A stretch of 62,652 nucleotides of DNA, the filler included, from Rhabdomonas costata (taxonomy: Eukaryota): the NCBI GenBank assembly GCA_019059605.1. It is 42 parts of 42 records of this genome, joined end to end, with 100 filler letters (N's around TTAATTAATTAA, not from the genome) between each part and the next. Parts side by side here need not be neighbours in the genome. Positions count along the whole stretch, not along the records: positions 1 to 1,395 come from JAHMHO010017202.1; positions 1,496 to 2,886 come from JAHMHO010017203.1; positions 2,987 to 4,381 come from JAHMHO010017204.1; positions 4,482 to 5,876 come from JAHMHO010017205.1; positions 5,977 to 7,371 come from JAHMHO010017206.1; positions 7,472 to 8,866 come from JAHMHO010017207.1; positions 8,967 to 10,363 come from JAHMHO010017208.1; positions 10,464 to 11,857 come from JAHMHO010017209.1; 34 more parts are not named here. One strand, 5' to 3'. A model generated the notes under the pieces. The model was not told where the DNA came from and did no database searches. It saw only the letters and a list, made by a program, of their open reading frames with translations. Made by a program: the position numbers and the translations under genes. How positions within the stretch are numbered: position 1 is the stretch's first letter; every line of letters begins with the position of its first letter. Positions 1 to 13,459 of the stretch are shown piece by piece.

Positions 1-311
1 TATGAACGATCTCCCGGGTGTCTGTGTTTGTGCGTGTGCGTGCGTTTTGAGCACACAGCGGAATCGGTACCCCCCTCAAGGTAAGGTATCGCATCCGAAG
101 AACAGTGGAGAGTGGAGGAATTGGGAATAATGTAGGAGAGGGAGCAGCAGAGGACGAAGGGGACTTGGTACACGAATCAGCAGCCACGAAACCCTGGAAA
201 TGGGAGAAACGGGGGGCGTTTCCTGTGCAAAGTGAAAAGAGAGGTAAGGCAGGGGGCACAGTAACCCCACCCAGGTCAAATTTATACAATGAGTCATGGG
301 GGGAACTAAAC

Positions 312-1247
312 CTGGTCCTCGAATGCCGCCCGCTGCATCTGGTTAATCCGAGCAGCGGAGTGCAGGCAGGAGATCGCGGTGTATCCGTGCGCGGCCTCGT
401 CCTCCTTGCTCCAGTGCATGCCGTAAAGCAGCGCCAGCTCGACAAGGATGTCCCTTCGCCACAGCAGGAGAGAGATAGAGTCCGAAAATGTCTCCACATT
501 GCAATGCGGCAACAAATCAAGGCTGGCTACTTTGGTCGTCCCGTCGTCCCGCTTGTCTTATACTCTTACCGATTCTTTTAAGCGGTTCACACCCCATTTT
601 CGCATCGTAAGCAGTAAATAAGATTTGCATTCGAATACGATTAATACAAAATACGATGCAGATTGTGCTAAAGTCGAGGATTTTCAGCGGGAAGAATTAT
701 CTCCCAGTGGACAAAGGAAAATTCGGACGCCACATCCGAAATCAGTTGAGCACGAGCCCTTCTCCATTAAGCCCTTCCCCAGAACCTTCCAAGAACGTAG
801 TCATGGGTGCCCGAGGCGGTGAGGATGGCAATGGCCTGCTCCAAAGCCTCGGTACCCGGCAGTGCGTGCAGCGCGCGGCTTTTCATCAGCGCTGGATCGG
901 GAATGGGCCTGCAAAGGGATGAAGCAACGAATCGCAAGACGTCCACCCTCCGGTCCTAAAAACAAAAATGTGAGCTTGAGTCAAAACGTAGAGTGCGCGC
1001 GTGGTAAAGAGCAGTAGACCGACCGCGCACCGACGTGCATGGACAAAGGACTTAAATGCAGAAAAAAATGCTCTCGGTCACACCCTGAGGTGTTCATCGT
1101 CCCCCACCGTGACGGCCACTGCGAAGGGGGAAGCAGCAGCAGCTCGCGGTGGCAGCGACCTAGTAGGTAGCGCGCCACTGCGCCGCCCTGGCCAGGCCCC
1201 ATGGAGCTCTTGCACATCCCACTCACCGCAAGGGCCGCCTCGAGAAC
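312..1247 (-). CDS. Hypothetical helical protein, three internal exons
   Basis: Exons 1247-1084, 908-786 and 453-312 have AG/GT borders and splice in phase: VLEAALAVSG...RYLLGRCHRELLL...G/PIPDPALMKSRALHALPGTEALEQAIAIL...R/DILVELALLYGMHW...FEDQ. Confidence 0.7.
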
Positions 1248-1395
1248 CTTTACAAAGGGCACAGGCACACACATACACACACAGAGAGAATTCTAGAATT
1301 TCTTTTCATCTGAGCATCTTTTACAACCTTACTCACCTCAGTCCTCTCTATTCGGACGCCCAAGAAGGATGACAATGATCGATACCCTAAAAACC

Positions 1396-1495
1396 NNNNN
1401 NNNNNNNNNNNNNNNNNNNNNNNNNNNNNNNNNNNNNNNTTAATTAATTAANNNNNNNNNNNNNNNNNNNNNNNNNNNNNNNNNNNNNNNNNNNN
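1396..1495. other. Artificial contig linker (first of 41 identical ones, about every 1.49 kb up to 61159-61258)
   Basis: 44 N + TTAATTAATTAA (stops in all six frames) + 44 N, repeated identically; the contigs between linkers are all about 1391-1397 nt, consistent with length-sorted concatenation. Confidence 0.99.
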
Positions 1496-2850
1496 GGGGT
1501 GTTGGGGTTGAGGTGCACTCCGATACGCGGCCATCCTCCAGCAACACCTGTACACTGTTTCGGAGCGCAGGGAGGGACCCGACCATATTGCCGTCGTCGA
1601 GATACCATCCACTCCATTTCATGTCTGAGATCTGTCGTAGTGGGCGTACGAGCGGGGCACTTGCGAGAGAGAAAAGTAATGGTCCCAAGGGGTCCCCTTG
1701 CTGAATCCCTTCTTGTGACAGTAACACCCGGTTATCGGACACAATGAGGGGAGCGGGTTGACCGTAAAGAAACTCCACCCAGGGGCTCAAGTTGGGCGCA
1801 AGTTCCCGCACACAGTCCAGCGTATGCCAGCGTGAAATGGAATTGAAAGCGTTCTTCAGATCTACCTGGAGCAGTGGTTCCCCTTTTTCGAGGAAGAACG
1901 CTGCAGCCCTGCCAATGACTGTCGCAGCAGGTATGGCTACGCCGAGTTGAAAGGGAAAAGATGTGTGTCCACAACATTCTTCTGAAACATGTCGAGGAGA
2001 ATTTTCCCAGCGAGCCGACGGAGTACCTCGCCAACAGCGATTGGCCGAACTCCCCCTCCCCGTTTTCAAGTGGAATGAGGCGTGCTGAGGCCAGAAAGGG
2101 GGCCACAAAGGACGGCAGGTCTCCGTTGAGGCATCTTGTCAGGAGCACGCTCAGCGCTTCTTCAAGATCAGACGCGGGACCTGCGGCCCCGCAGGAGAGC
2201 GGGGCGGAAATGTGTGACGCACGGAGACCACTGGGTCCTGGGGCTGAGTATCTCGGGAAGGATTTTAAAGCCAGGAAAACGTCTTCAGCCTCAATCGTAA
2301 TGTCTGACTCCGGGCAGGGAATACGAGCTGGTCTGCCCCCAGTCTGGGGTGCCGGGTGAAGGGCTTCGAGCTGTGCGAAGACCTCGGGTGTCACCTCCAA
2401 CAGCTTGGCTTCATCCAAGAGAACACTCGCCGCTCGGGAAATGTTGCCTTCGCGTGCTGGGCGCAGAACTCGCCGTCGCCAGGCCTCGTCAAATTCCTTG
2501 GCTGCAACCTTGACTTCCTTGGCATTTAGCACCTTCCTGCCTCGAGAGTTCGCCTGGGTCCACAGAGCATCAAGCTCTCCGCCCTCCCACGCCTGGTATC
2601 TGGCAAAGAGTTCTTTTACTGGTCGATCGGGACGCCCTTTGCCTCCTCGCGTAAACGGAAAAAGCAGAAACTCCGGTAATGCCAGAAAGGTGCTAAGCGC
2701 GGAGCCTGAAGTCGGGTCTTTGCAGAATTGTCTGATAGCTCCAGCAAGTGCTTTGCACCAATGAACGCGAAAGGCTTTGGGCACAGGGTCAAGAGTTGGT
2801 ATGTGGGTTTGCAGCACTTGGTCTGGGGGAACGCGGAATACTCCCGGCAC
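1496..2850 (-). mobile_element. Decayed non-LTR retrotransposon reverse transcriptase, CRE/SLACS/CZAR-like
   Basis: Intronless. RT motifs SAPGPSGLRASHI, LIPL, GVRPIAVGEVLRRLAGK (third frame), FQLGV, VDLKNAFNSISR, GIQQGDPLGPLLFSL, YLDDG and GVHLNP. Frameshifts near 2055, 1960 and 1530. Confidence 0.9.
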
Positions 2851-3013
2851 GAGATGAAGTGCTGCAAGCCCACATTCCCACCACCCNNNNNNNNNNNNNN
2901 NNNNNNNNNNNNNNNNNNNNNNNNNNNNNNTTAATTAATTAANNNNNNNNNNNNNNNNNNNNNNNNNNNNNNNNNNNNNNNNNNNNGGGTTTGGTGTTGG
3001 TGCATGCTGGCAG

Positions 3014-4030
3014 GGCTGGTGGAGCTGATTGTGCTGAACATTGGGCTCTCGACGGGCGTCATCACGGTGCAGATCTTCACGATCATGGTGCTGATGGCAC
3101 TGGTGACCACCTTCATGACCACCCCGCTGGTCACTCTGCTGTACCGCCCGGAGCTGGAGGCCTCGGAGAGCTCCGCGGCAGACCTGGAGGCCCGCCGGAG
3201 GAAGAAGAGGAAGAGACCGGGGCAGCTCCGGCTGGTGCTGGCGATCAGCAAGATGAGGAACGTGCCCCCCTTGCTCGCCTTTCTGGACCTCATCGCCCCC
3301 ACCCTGGGCCACGGTGACCTCAAGGTTTGTAGGGGGGGCGTCTTCTTTTTGTGCTGCTGCTGCTGCTGCTGCTATGTCCGCTACATCCGATGTGACCACC
3401 GATCGTAGCCCCACCTTGTTGGCGTTTCTCCCTGTGCCTGTCCAGCGGGAGCTGGGTGGGCGCTCGGAACGTCGGCATATGGGAGAAGACCAATGTTGCA
3501 GCGCACAGAGCTCCTTTTGGCCATGACTTCGCGAAAGAAAATGGAGCTGAGCGTGCAAATCATCAAGCAATAGACAATGACTTGCAAGGCCCTCACCCCG
3601 TACCCCGCCAGCTTTATATTTGGGGCGTATTGTAGGGTCGGTCTATTTTTCCAATTTTAAATTTGTTGGGTCACAATTCCTTTTGCTTCACGAAAAAAAA
3701 TTTCGTTCCAAAAGGGACTCACAACCTCAACCGCATTTGTGCAGGCATCATTACCCCATTGCATGTTTATTCCCACTACCCACTACTGTGTGCGGCGCGG
3801 ATTCTCGCACGCGGTTTTCGTGGTTCGGCTGACCCGCAACCTTCGTTTTCCGTTGCCTTCTCTGGGTCACCCCGTGAATGTTCCTCTCTCTCTCCCTTCT
3901 CCTCGCAGGTATTCTGTGCCAGGCTGCAGGAGGTCTCCGAGCGGCCCTCGACTTTCATGGCCTTCGCGGAGCGCTCCGCCCGCAGCAGGCTGGTTTACGA
4001 CCACCCCACCATGGCCGTCCGGACCTACTG
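3014..4030 (+). CDS. Cation/H+ antiporter (CPA2, CHX/KHA1-like), partial
   Basis: Exon 3014-3324 reads [40 protein letters not shown] (last TM helices of CHX/KHA1). Exon 3909-about 4030 reads [17 protein letters not shown], like the CHX C-terminal L-x-E-L-x-E-R-x-S motif. Confidence 0.88.
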
Positions 4031-4501
4031 GCACGACCCCCCCCCCTCTCGCATCCATGCCATGAAATTTGTAGTTTTGTAAATTTGAAACTAGTGGAGC
4101 TTTTTTTTGCTGGAAACTAGTGGAGCCAGTAAAAGCACTTCTCCAGAGGAATGTGCGGGAAACTAGTGGAATCCAGGTACTGGGCGATTCGCACTTCTGA
4201 CTGCGTCTTTTTCTTTTCTGCTGGATTGCTATGATTTCTGCTGGGAAGAACAGAATTTCGGCTTGCAGGTCCCAGACGTATCCCCTCAACCCTCGAACTA
4301 CTTTGCGAAATCTTTCGCAAATGCTGATTGTGGTTTTCTGAGAAGGACGACCGGTTCGCAGGGGGGGGGTACCACCCCCCTNNNNNNNNNNNNNNNNNNN
4401 NNNNNNNNNNNNNNNNNNNNNNNNNTTAATTAATTAANNNNNNNNNNNNNNNNNNNNNNNNNNNNNNNNNNNNNNNNNNNNGAGGTGGGAAGGAGCGCAA
4501 C

Positions 4502-5745
<1,244 letters not shown>

Positions 5746-6136
5746 CTATGCGCGTATGTGTGTGCGAATAAGAGAAAGGAAAAAGGACAACCCGAACAAC
5801 CGCATTGCATCATCTAGATAAGGCTAGTAATATGCATTTCGAACAGAAGAGTGTTGTGCCGAGAAGTTAGTGAGCTNNNNNNNNNNNNNNNNNNNNNNNN
5901 NNNNNNNNNNNNNNNNNNNNTTAATTAATTAANNNNNNNNNNNNNNNNNNNNNNNNNNNNNNNNNNNNNNNNNNNNGTTGGTGGGTAGTTACAAAACGCT
6001 GGGTCTACATGTGCCCTAGCCAGTTTGGCAGTTCACAGCAAAGCGTGGATGAGTGGATGGGTGAAATGGAGGACGCTTCACTCCACAGATTGTAAATGGA
6101 CGCCCCAAAGTCCGAAAACCAAAAGGGTGTCCATAC

Positions 6137-7353
6137 GTCCATCAGCACGAGGTTGAAAGGGTGTGCCACGGAGCGAGTGACCAGCAGCGCCTCAGCTCCG
6201 CTGCACACAGCCCGGACATTGGTGATGCCCATCTGCTCCAGCTTCAGCGAAATCACACGGTGATTGACAGCTGCGCGAGGGTACAAAAAGGCTGAGCGAG
6301 AGAGGAAGGGTGAAGATGACGTTCGGGACGGTGGTGCAGATGAGACTTTCCTACAGGGAAGGTCGGAGAAGCCTGTGCGATTGAGAAACAAGTCTCTGAA
6401 CTCGCCACGAAGGAGCGGTTGTCGGCGGTTAATAACGACGTCCACCAGCAGTACTTTTCTCGCAAAACTGGACAGATATACTCAATGTGCATTCCACTTC
6501 GGTACTCATGTGCGATAGGGCGGATTCGTGCGCGAAAGAGCAGGTGGCTGATGGCTAGCAAAGTATCAGGAAACTTTCACCCACACGCACCGACATCGTC
6601 GACGACAAGCACGGCCGTATTCTTCGCGCCGGGTCCCAGACTGGGTCGCTCGGTTGTGCCCAAGGGCATCCCCCCGAAGCACCCCGGCAGCAGAGCCTCC
6701 AGGGCCTTCGCCAGCTTCCCCAGGGTGACCGGCTTCGTCACCGCCGCAACGTCCTCACCCGGCCTATCCGTCTCGAAGTGCTACGGTACAAACGGAGTGG
6801 AGGAAGTAACATGCCCACTGTCTGTGCGGTGCACAGAAATGCCCGTCTGCGGTGGATGGGAGGCCCCTATGCCATTGCCTGTGACTAAATCCTTCCCAGG
6901 AAAGACTCAGGCGGGGTACTCGTGTCATAACAAGGCACAGAGATGCATTCAGAGGTAGAGAAGCCTGTGTTAACTCAACTCAGGAGAAACAGCATCCCTC
7001 CAAGCAAGGGCCCCAAATGGCCTGTTATGGAACCAGCCAGCGTCAGCGACTCCGGAACGGAAAGAATCCGCGCACCTTCAGGCTCACCACATGCACCACA
7101 GTGAGGCTGGCCAAGACCACCTCCTCGTGGATCTCCCGCACCACCTCGTATTCCTCCGCGCTGCCCGCCGCGGGGCAGTCCTCGCTCACCACCACCACCA
7201 CACTGTGCCCCGTAGGCAGCCTCTTGCACACCGAAACCACCTCCTGGGGCTCCCTGACGCCGTGGTGGGGCACCCCAAGGGTCTCCAGAAGCTCGCCTAG
7301 GGCATCCTCCACAATCGGGTCGGGGTGCAGAACTACCACGGTGAGGGCAGAGG
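6137..7353 (-). CDS. Receiver-domain protein (pseudo-receiver plus receiver), probably the C-terminus of a hybrid histidine kinase
   Basis: Exons about 7353-7076, 6780-6591 and 6270-6137 splice in phase: ...VTKPVTLGKLAKAL...AVLVVDDV/AVNHRVISLKLEQMG...SGAEAL...FNLVLMD. The VVDD, GxEA and LVLMD receiver motifs are present. Confidence 0.85.
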
Positions 7354-7806
7354 CTAATCACACCCAACACANNNNNNNNNNNNNNNNNNNNNNNNNNNNN
7401 NNNNNNNNNNNNNNNTTAATTAATTAANNNNNNNNNNNNNNNNNNNNNNNNNNNNNNNNNNNNNNNNNNNNGGGGGGGTTGGGGTGTGCGCTTCCCACAA
7501 ACACGTACACACACGCACACTTTCTATCTCTCTCTATCTCACCCTTTTATGGTAGAGCCACATCTCTGCTTCCCTCTCGCATCCTACCTGTCTTGCCCCT
7601 TCTCCTATGAAAACCTGATTGCGACTGCCCGAACCACAACACTCGATTAGATTTTCTTTGCGTGGACACGTTTAATGTTTCAGAGCAACTCAGGATAAGC
7701 TTGTATTGGTTGTATTGGTTGACGGCAAGTGGTGCCTCCACTGCTGAAAGAGTTAGGATATGTGAGCGCGGAGCCAGTCCTCCAGTTGCCGTTTTGATTT
7801 TCTCAG

Positions 7807-7946
7807 GTGCTGTACTCGAACGATCCTACGAAGAAGCTGATTCTCAGCGATCGGGTTACCATCTTTCGAGGGCTGCGGATGCAGATCGGGGTCAGCTTTG
7901 GCGCCGACGTGATGCCATCCTTCGAGCCCCTCACGGGACAGTGGAT
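7807..7946 (+). CDS. Class III adenylate/guanylate cyclase exon
   Basis: After a TTTCTCAG acceptor: ...IFRGLRMQIGVSFGADVMPSFEPLTGQW, like the GLRVRIG-x2-G...TG segment of euglenozoan cyclases. The 3' exon end is approximate. Confidence 0.75.
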
Positions 7947-8760
7947 GTACCATCAAAAGTGCTTCGTGTTGCGATTAGAGTGGCGAGTGGGTCAGTGGGT
8001 TTCTAATGAAAATCGTCTTCATTGGCGGCATCATTGGTAGGGTGATCTATGTGGCCTTGCGCCCAACCGAACCTCACCTTCTTGCGAACGACGACTCATA
8101 ACTCTCCCACCGCACACTTTTGCGCTTGCACACGCATACTAATGTCACTAGGGCTATCCAACGGTTTAGAGAGATAGAGTTACACGGGGTGGGGGGAGGT
8201 TAACACCAGTTTGACATGACTCACACAACAACATGGTGCCTCTGCAAGGGGACAACCCAACCTACGCTTTGGTCGTGACACGTGGTATTTTTCCTGATGT
8301 CTCGTTGTGTGAAATGCCCGTGTGAAGTAGTGGGGGGGAGGCGGAACCGGTGGCACCCGCTTTAAGCCGAAATAATATTAAGCAGCCCAGCGTTAAATAT
8401 AGCACATTACATCGTAAACTCAGAACTTTTTAGCCTCATTATCGTGAAATAGTTTAAAACATATTGTTATCATACACAACAGCGCATTTTATAGCGATCC
8501 CAGGACTTCAATTGGAAACGTGTAACTCATGTGAAATTCTGTTTTGGGATGTGACTTACCGTACGTGGAATAACCGCCTACTGGAATCCCAGGAATATGT
8601 GCATCGCCACCAAACCCCCTGCCGATCATCTGCTTGAATTCATTGGGTAATTCATCGCTTTATAGAATCAGGCGGACCTTGGAACCAACGGAACCGGAAC
8701 ACTCTCTACTTGACAAGAGCCCACATGCTATGGGGGCAATGGGCGATGTGTATACGTCTC

Positions 8761-8864
8761 TATGTGGTCCTCCGCAGCTTGGTAGTCGGCGCGGCCTTTA
8801 GGGAGGCCTCGACCTGCAGCGCGAAGCCGCTCTCCACGACGATCTCACCGCCCCGGGCGAAGCT
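8761..8864 (-). CDS. Possible cyclase segment (A-x-GG-E-I-x-x-x-S) on the opposite strand
   Basis: The minus frame reads SFARGGEIVVESGFALQVEASLK, like the segment that follows the catalytic NxAxR motif; GC3-rich codons. Confidence 0.5.
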
Positions 8865-8977
8865 GCNNNNNNNNNNNNNNNNNNNNNNNNNNNNNNNNNN
8901 NNNNNNNNNNTTAATTAATTAANNNNNNNNNNNNNNNNNNNNNNNNNNNNNNNNNNNNNNNNNNNNGGTTGGTTGGA

Positions 8978-9291
8978 ATGCTGAAGGGCGTGCCCGGGGT
9001 GGAGCCCGACCGCTTCTCAGAAGCCCACCGGGTCTCTCGTCACCCTCACCTTCCCGCCCCTTTTTCGCGTAGAACGTACGATTTCATGCAAATGATGGGT
9101 CTTGCACCGCACCTCACCTGCCCTTCCATTCTTCTGGGATTGTCCCTGAGCACAAAGCTCAGCCACAGCCCTTGGCTGACGCGTCCCATCTCACTTTCCT
9201 CCGGCATTGTTTCTTGGGTCTTCAACCCGTCCTGGATGGCTGATGTACAGATCCCTTTGGAACAACCCCTCCCCTTGCTTATTTTTGCTTC

Positions 9292-9333
<42 letters not shown>

Positions 9334-10325
9334 TGATTGCTCTTGAATTTGTGGGCGCGCATTCCCACACGCTGCTTGGGCAGGTCCGCCACTGCGCACT
9401 GTCGCTAGTGGGGGAGCCGATCATCTACCCCCACATCAACGCCTTAATGCGGAGCCTGCATGACCAGCGCATCTCCACCTTTCTGGTGTGCTTGTGCACG
9501 TTATGCAGGCATGCGTGTTGCTGGATAAAAGCCGTGGTCCTGTGATTGAGGTCAAGTAATGTTATCGTTATGCTGCACTTCAGTCGGTCCGTGTTAGGGA
9601 TGGCCTCTGGACTAGCACTGCTGTGGGCCCGGGCCCAAGGCGAAGGCGCCACGAAGCCCAGAAGGACAGAAAGACGGGCCTCCAAGGAACAGGTCAAGCA
9701 CAAGCTTCTGCCCTTAAAGCATGCCTTGCGGTCAGTGGAAGGGGCCTGTCAGAGACTGTTTGCTAAACCTCAGAATAGAAGATTTACCACCGTTGCTGTT
9801 TGGCCATGTCACTGCCGTGACGGATTGGCAGCCATATTCATGCTTTGGCTGCTTCACACCCGTGCGATGCGAATGTGCACGCTTATCTCAGGGTGAGCAT
9901 CTGGGTCTTCGCTCGGGGCTGAATCCAGCTGAACGTGTCCTGATCTACGCGTTGTAGCAGATTATGTCCCGAAGCAGACACTTAGCGCTTGATGAATTTG
10001 CGATGACCTGATAAACTTGTGTCGGAGACCGTTGGGACGTGTGCCGAGGTTGGGTTTGCCTACCCCTTCCCGTTGCTGACGTTGACCAGTGTGTGTTTCT
10101 GCACCGCAGGTGACCAACGCGCAGTTTCCAGAGCAGCTGACGCAGCTTGGGCCGGTGACCCAGCTGTACCTCAGTATTGACGCGCCCACCGCGGAGGCGC
10201 TGCGGGCGATCGACCGCCCGATCTTCGAGGACTTCTGGGAGCGTTACCAGAGGTGCATTGCCGCCCTGGCGGAGAAGCCCCAGAGGACAGTCTTCCGGCT
10301 CACCCTGGTCCGGGGCTACAACATG
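8978..10325 (+). CDS. TYW1: tRNA wybutosine-synthesis radical-SAM enzyme TYW1, partial
   Basis: Exons ...-9031, 9384-9485 and 10110-10325, all phase 0: KGVPGV..RF.EA/VRHCALSLVGEPIIYP...ISTFL/VTNAQFP...VTQLYLSIDAP...IDRPIFEDFWER...RTVFRLTLVRGYNM. Confidence 0.96.
9295..9330. repeat. (CT)n microsatellite in a TYW1 intron
   Basis: Uninterrupted CT run. Confidence 0.95.
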
Positions 10326-10513
10326 GTGTGCAGGCTTTCCGTGGTGCACGTACCAAACCCACANNNNNNNNNNNNNNNNNNNNNNNNNNNNNNNNNNNNN
10401 NNNNNNNTTAATTAATTAANNNNNNNNNNNNNNNNNNNNNNNNNNNNNNNNNNNNNNNNNNNNGTTTGAGGTGTTACGAGATCTGAGCTGCGGCCCCAGG
10501 GCGAGCCCTGCGG

Positions 10514-11684
10514 TAGGACAGGCCTCGGGCGTACAAGCTAAAGTTCAGGGGCCGGAAGTCGTTGTGCGCCGTGTCGCAGTCCGCCGCAGGGCTCGCCCTG
10601 GGGCCGCAGCTCAGATCTCGTAACACTCCAAAGCAGTCAAACGCAGACGCGTTGCCGCCCTCCGCTAAACCACACAAGGAGATGAAGCGGAAGTGAAGGA
10701 AACAGCTGTGATCGAAGTGGCGGGCAGCCCACAAAAGGTGGTCTTTTCAGCTCCTCCAGTTGGTTTATCGCTCAAATCAACAGCTGGTCAAGGAGCAATA
10801 GAAACTCAATCGGCCCACACAGGCAAGGAAAAGTGTGCCATGGACCGAACGCACTTTCCAAGACGGGCTCATTTACAACAATACTAATACTAATAAGCTG
10901 ATATGTGACACAGCATTCAGCAAGTTTCTTGCAAAAAAGACAAAAGTGGCCACTGTCAATGTGCGTCCACCCACGCCCATTAATTGCCATCCAGATCCGG
11001 ATGGGCGTAGGTATGAAGCAGAGGAATCCCTTTCCCGTCCCCAGTTGGCAAAGACACCTGGCAGGGAGTCCACCCGCAGCAACACAGGGTTGCCAGCGCG
11101 CATCCTCAGGTTCTGCACCGAAACCCTGCGCTGGCAAGACCGAGCCGCGCGCCGCACCAGCGCCACAGCCGTGTGTGGGGTAACCTGCGCGTACCAAACC
11201 CTTCCCTCTTTCCATTCTTCCTCACAAACGGAAGTGACCCACAATTCAGGCAGTCTATTGGCTGAGTATCTCTCCTGGGCATACCCTCCCCCCGAGACAC
11301 GCATGACCAAAAAACCAACTGACCCACATCAGCCTTTTCAACCCTCGTTTTCTTCTGTGTGCGGAGGTCCGCAGATTTCCTCTCCGTTCTGGCCGAATGG
11401 CCAAGGGTAGCAAAATCAGCTTGGTGCACCCTTTCACAATCCCCTCGAATAGGCCTTCAAGTATTTCCACGAACTATATAACATAGCTTTCACGTTCAGG
11501 CCACTGAACGAACCTTCAGCTCAGACGGGGCCACCTCGTTGGGGAAGAAGCTCCGGCTGAAGTACCCTGGAAATTCCAGGAAGGTCGTCCGCGCTGTGTC
11601 CATGGCCCTGCAAAGGGCTTGGAAGAGCACCTCTTCGCCGCTAAGCGCCACGGCAGTAGGCCCCACCAAAAACTGGTAGTCCAT
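10514..11684 (-). CDS. Hypothetical protein, three exons
   Basis: Exons 11684-11514, 11184-11058 and 10664-about 10514 splice in phase (MDYQFLVGP...SELK/VTPHTAVALV...DSLP/AEGGNASAFDCF...). The distal end is lost in a fold-back. Confidence 0.65.
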
Positions 11685-12419
11685 CTGCAATTCCCCCCCC
11701 CCTTCTGCTCAGAAAAGCCAAATATGTGCTGTGGGTGGTGTGGGTGGCGGGAGAAGCAAAAACAACGACGTGCGACGGGCGCCGATATATTTGCAACTAA
11801 TGCACAGGGTCGGAGCAACAAAAAAGCACACGAACAGCGAGAGAAGAAACAAAACCCNNNNNNNNNNNNNNNNNNNNNNNNNNNNNNNNNNNNNNNNNNN
11901 NTTAATTAATTAANNNNNNNNNNNNNNNNNNNNNNNNNNNNNNNNNNNNNNNNNNNNGTGGTTGTGGGCATATCAGGATTGACACGCAGATGTGCGGGAG
12001 AGACGTCTTTGAGCCGGAGACGACGGAGTTATGTTAAACGGCGCAGAAAAAATCATGAAAGAAGGATGGCAAATAGTCGGGGTCATTGCCGGTGCGGGTC
12101 GTGGTGCCGCGCCGGACCAGACGCTCAAGGAAGCGTCGTTTATCGCAGATTTTGAGATAAAACGGGGCCAGGGTTCACGCCATCGGGGTGCCCATTGCTC
12201 CCATTTAGTCGGACCAGGGCTGGTGACATCGGGGTGCCCGTTACTCCGGTGGCGTCGGTCTTCTTAGAAAGGCGGTACGCCAAGGAGAAGCCCAGGCGAA
12301 AAACAAAGGGACAAGGGCCGTTCCCTTGGTCCCGGCCGTGATTACAACGAGGCCCCTGAAGGAAGATCCGGACCACGAAGCCCAGAACCAAGAAGCCGAA
12401 GAACCACTCAAAGCAGCAC

Positions 12420-12452
12420 ATGGCAGCAGCAGCAGATTACGACCTCACGAAG
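12420..12452 (+). CDS. Possible first coding exon, MAAAADYDLTK (resembles the eIF3e N-terminus)
   Basis: ATG...AAG followed by a GTTGG donor; YDLT resembles eIF3e MAEYDLT. Only 11 aa. Confidence 0.3.
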
Positions 12453-13459
12453 GTTGGAAGTTTGCGCCTCTTTTGCCGGACCGCATTGCGACCAAAGTGG
12501 AATTTTGGCACTTTTGTGCCTTGGCTTTCCAAATATCGCTTGCGTCTCTTTTCTACGTTCCCGGTATGTAATCCCAGGGTTTTGGGGTTGTTTTCCCCCG
12601 ACTTATACCTTATACCTACCACGCCCGACCAGCCTTGGGGCTTTGCGTGTTTTTTCTCTGGGAAATGCGCGCCCTGAAGGGGACCGGGGTTGGCGTCGTG
12701 ACGTTTGCAGCCATGTCGCCGTATTGGTACTACCATGGGACACGCGTTCGTCGTCACCGACCACCCCCGGGCCTTGACGCCCTAGTTTTTGGCGGACTAT
12801 CCTGAAAGCAACGGCGTTTTGCGCCGCTGATATTGCCGTAATATGCCGTTAGCCGCCCCCATGCTCAAGACTCAAGCGCGGAATCAGCAAAATAAAACTG
12901 TGGCGCAAGCGTACCCCATCATGGTGGGAAATGGTGGGAAAAATTACGGCGCACACTTTCGGCTTGCTGGTGGTCGATATTCACGGAAATCAAGGTCACG
13001 ATCCTGGACCACACCTCTCGATTGCAAGTCTTGGATTGGGGAATGACGGGCGAATCTCCGAATTTACACAGTGCGCAGTGCAATGATGGTTACATAATCA
13101 ATAAAATAAAATAAATAATCAATAAACCTAATCAAAGCACTGAACCCAGAGGCTCAGCTCAAGGTGATGAAAGATCCAAAGCCAGTCAGCTTGGATAAGG
13201 CCACTGCTCGTGCATGGAACAAAGCGCCGCTGTCTGCATCGATTTTGCCGTTATTGACGTCTTGAATGGCGCCACTGGACATGGTGATGCACATATGGTT
13301 GGAGACTACCACATGATTTTTGCTCTTTTCAAATTTTGCTTTTTGCAAAAANNNNNNNNNNNNNNNNNNNNNNNNNNNNNNNNNNNNNNNNNNNNTTAAT
13401 TAATTAANNNNNNNNNNNNNNNNNNNNNNNNNNNNNNNNNNNNNNNNNNNNTTTTTTGG

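Noticed and set aside
1440-1451. TTAATTAATTAA recurring every 1.49 kb, superficially like a regularly spaced repeat or CRISPR array
   Set aside because: Always centred in N runs; it is a synthetic six-frame-stop linker.
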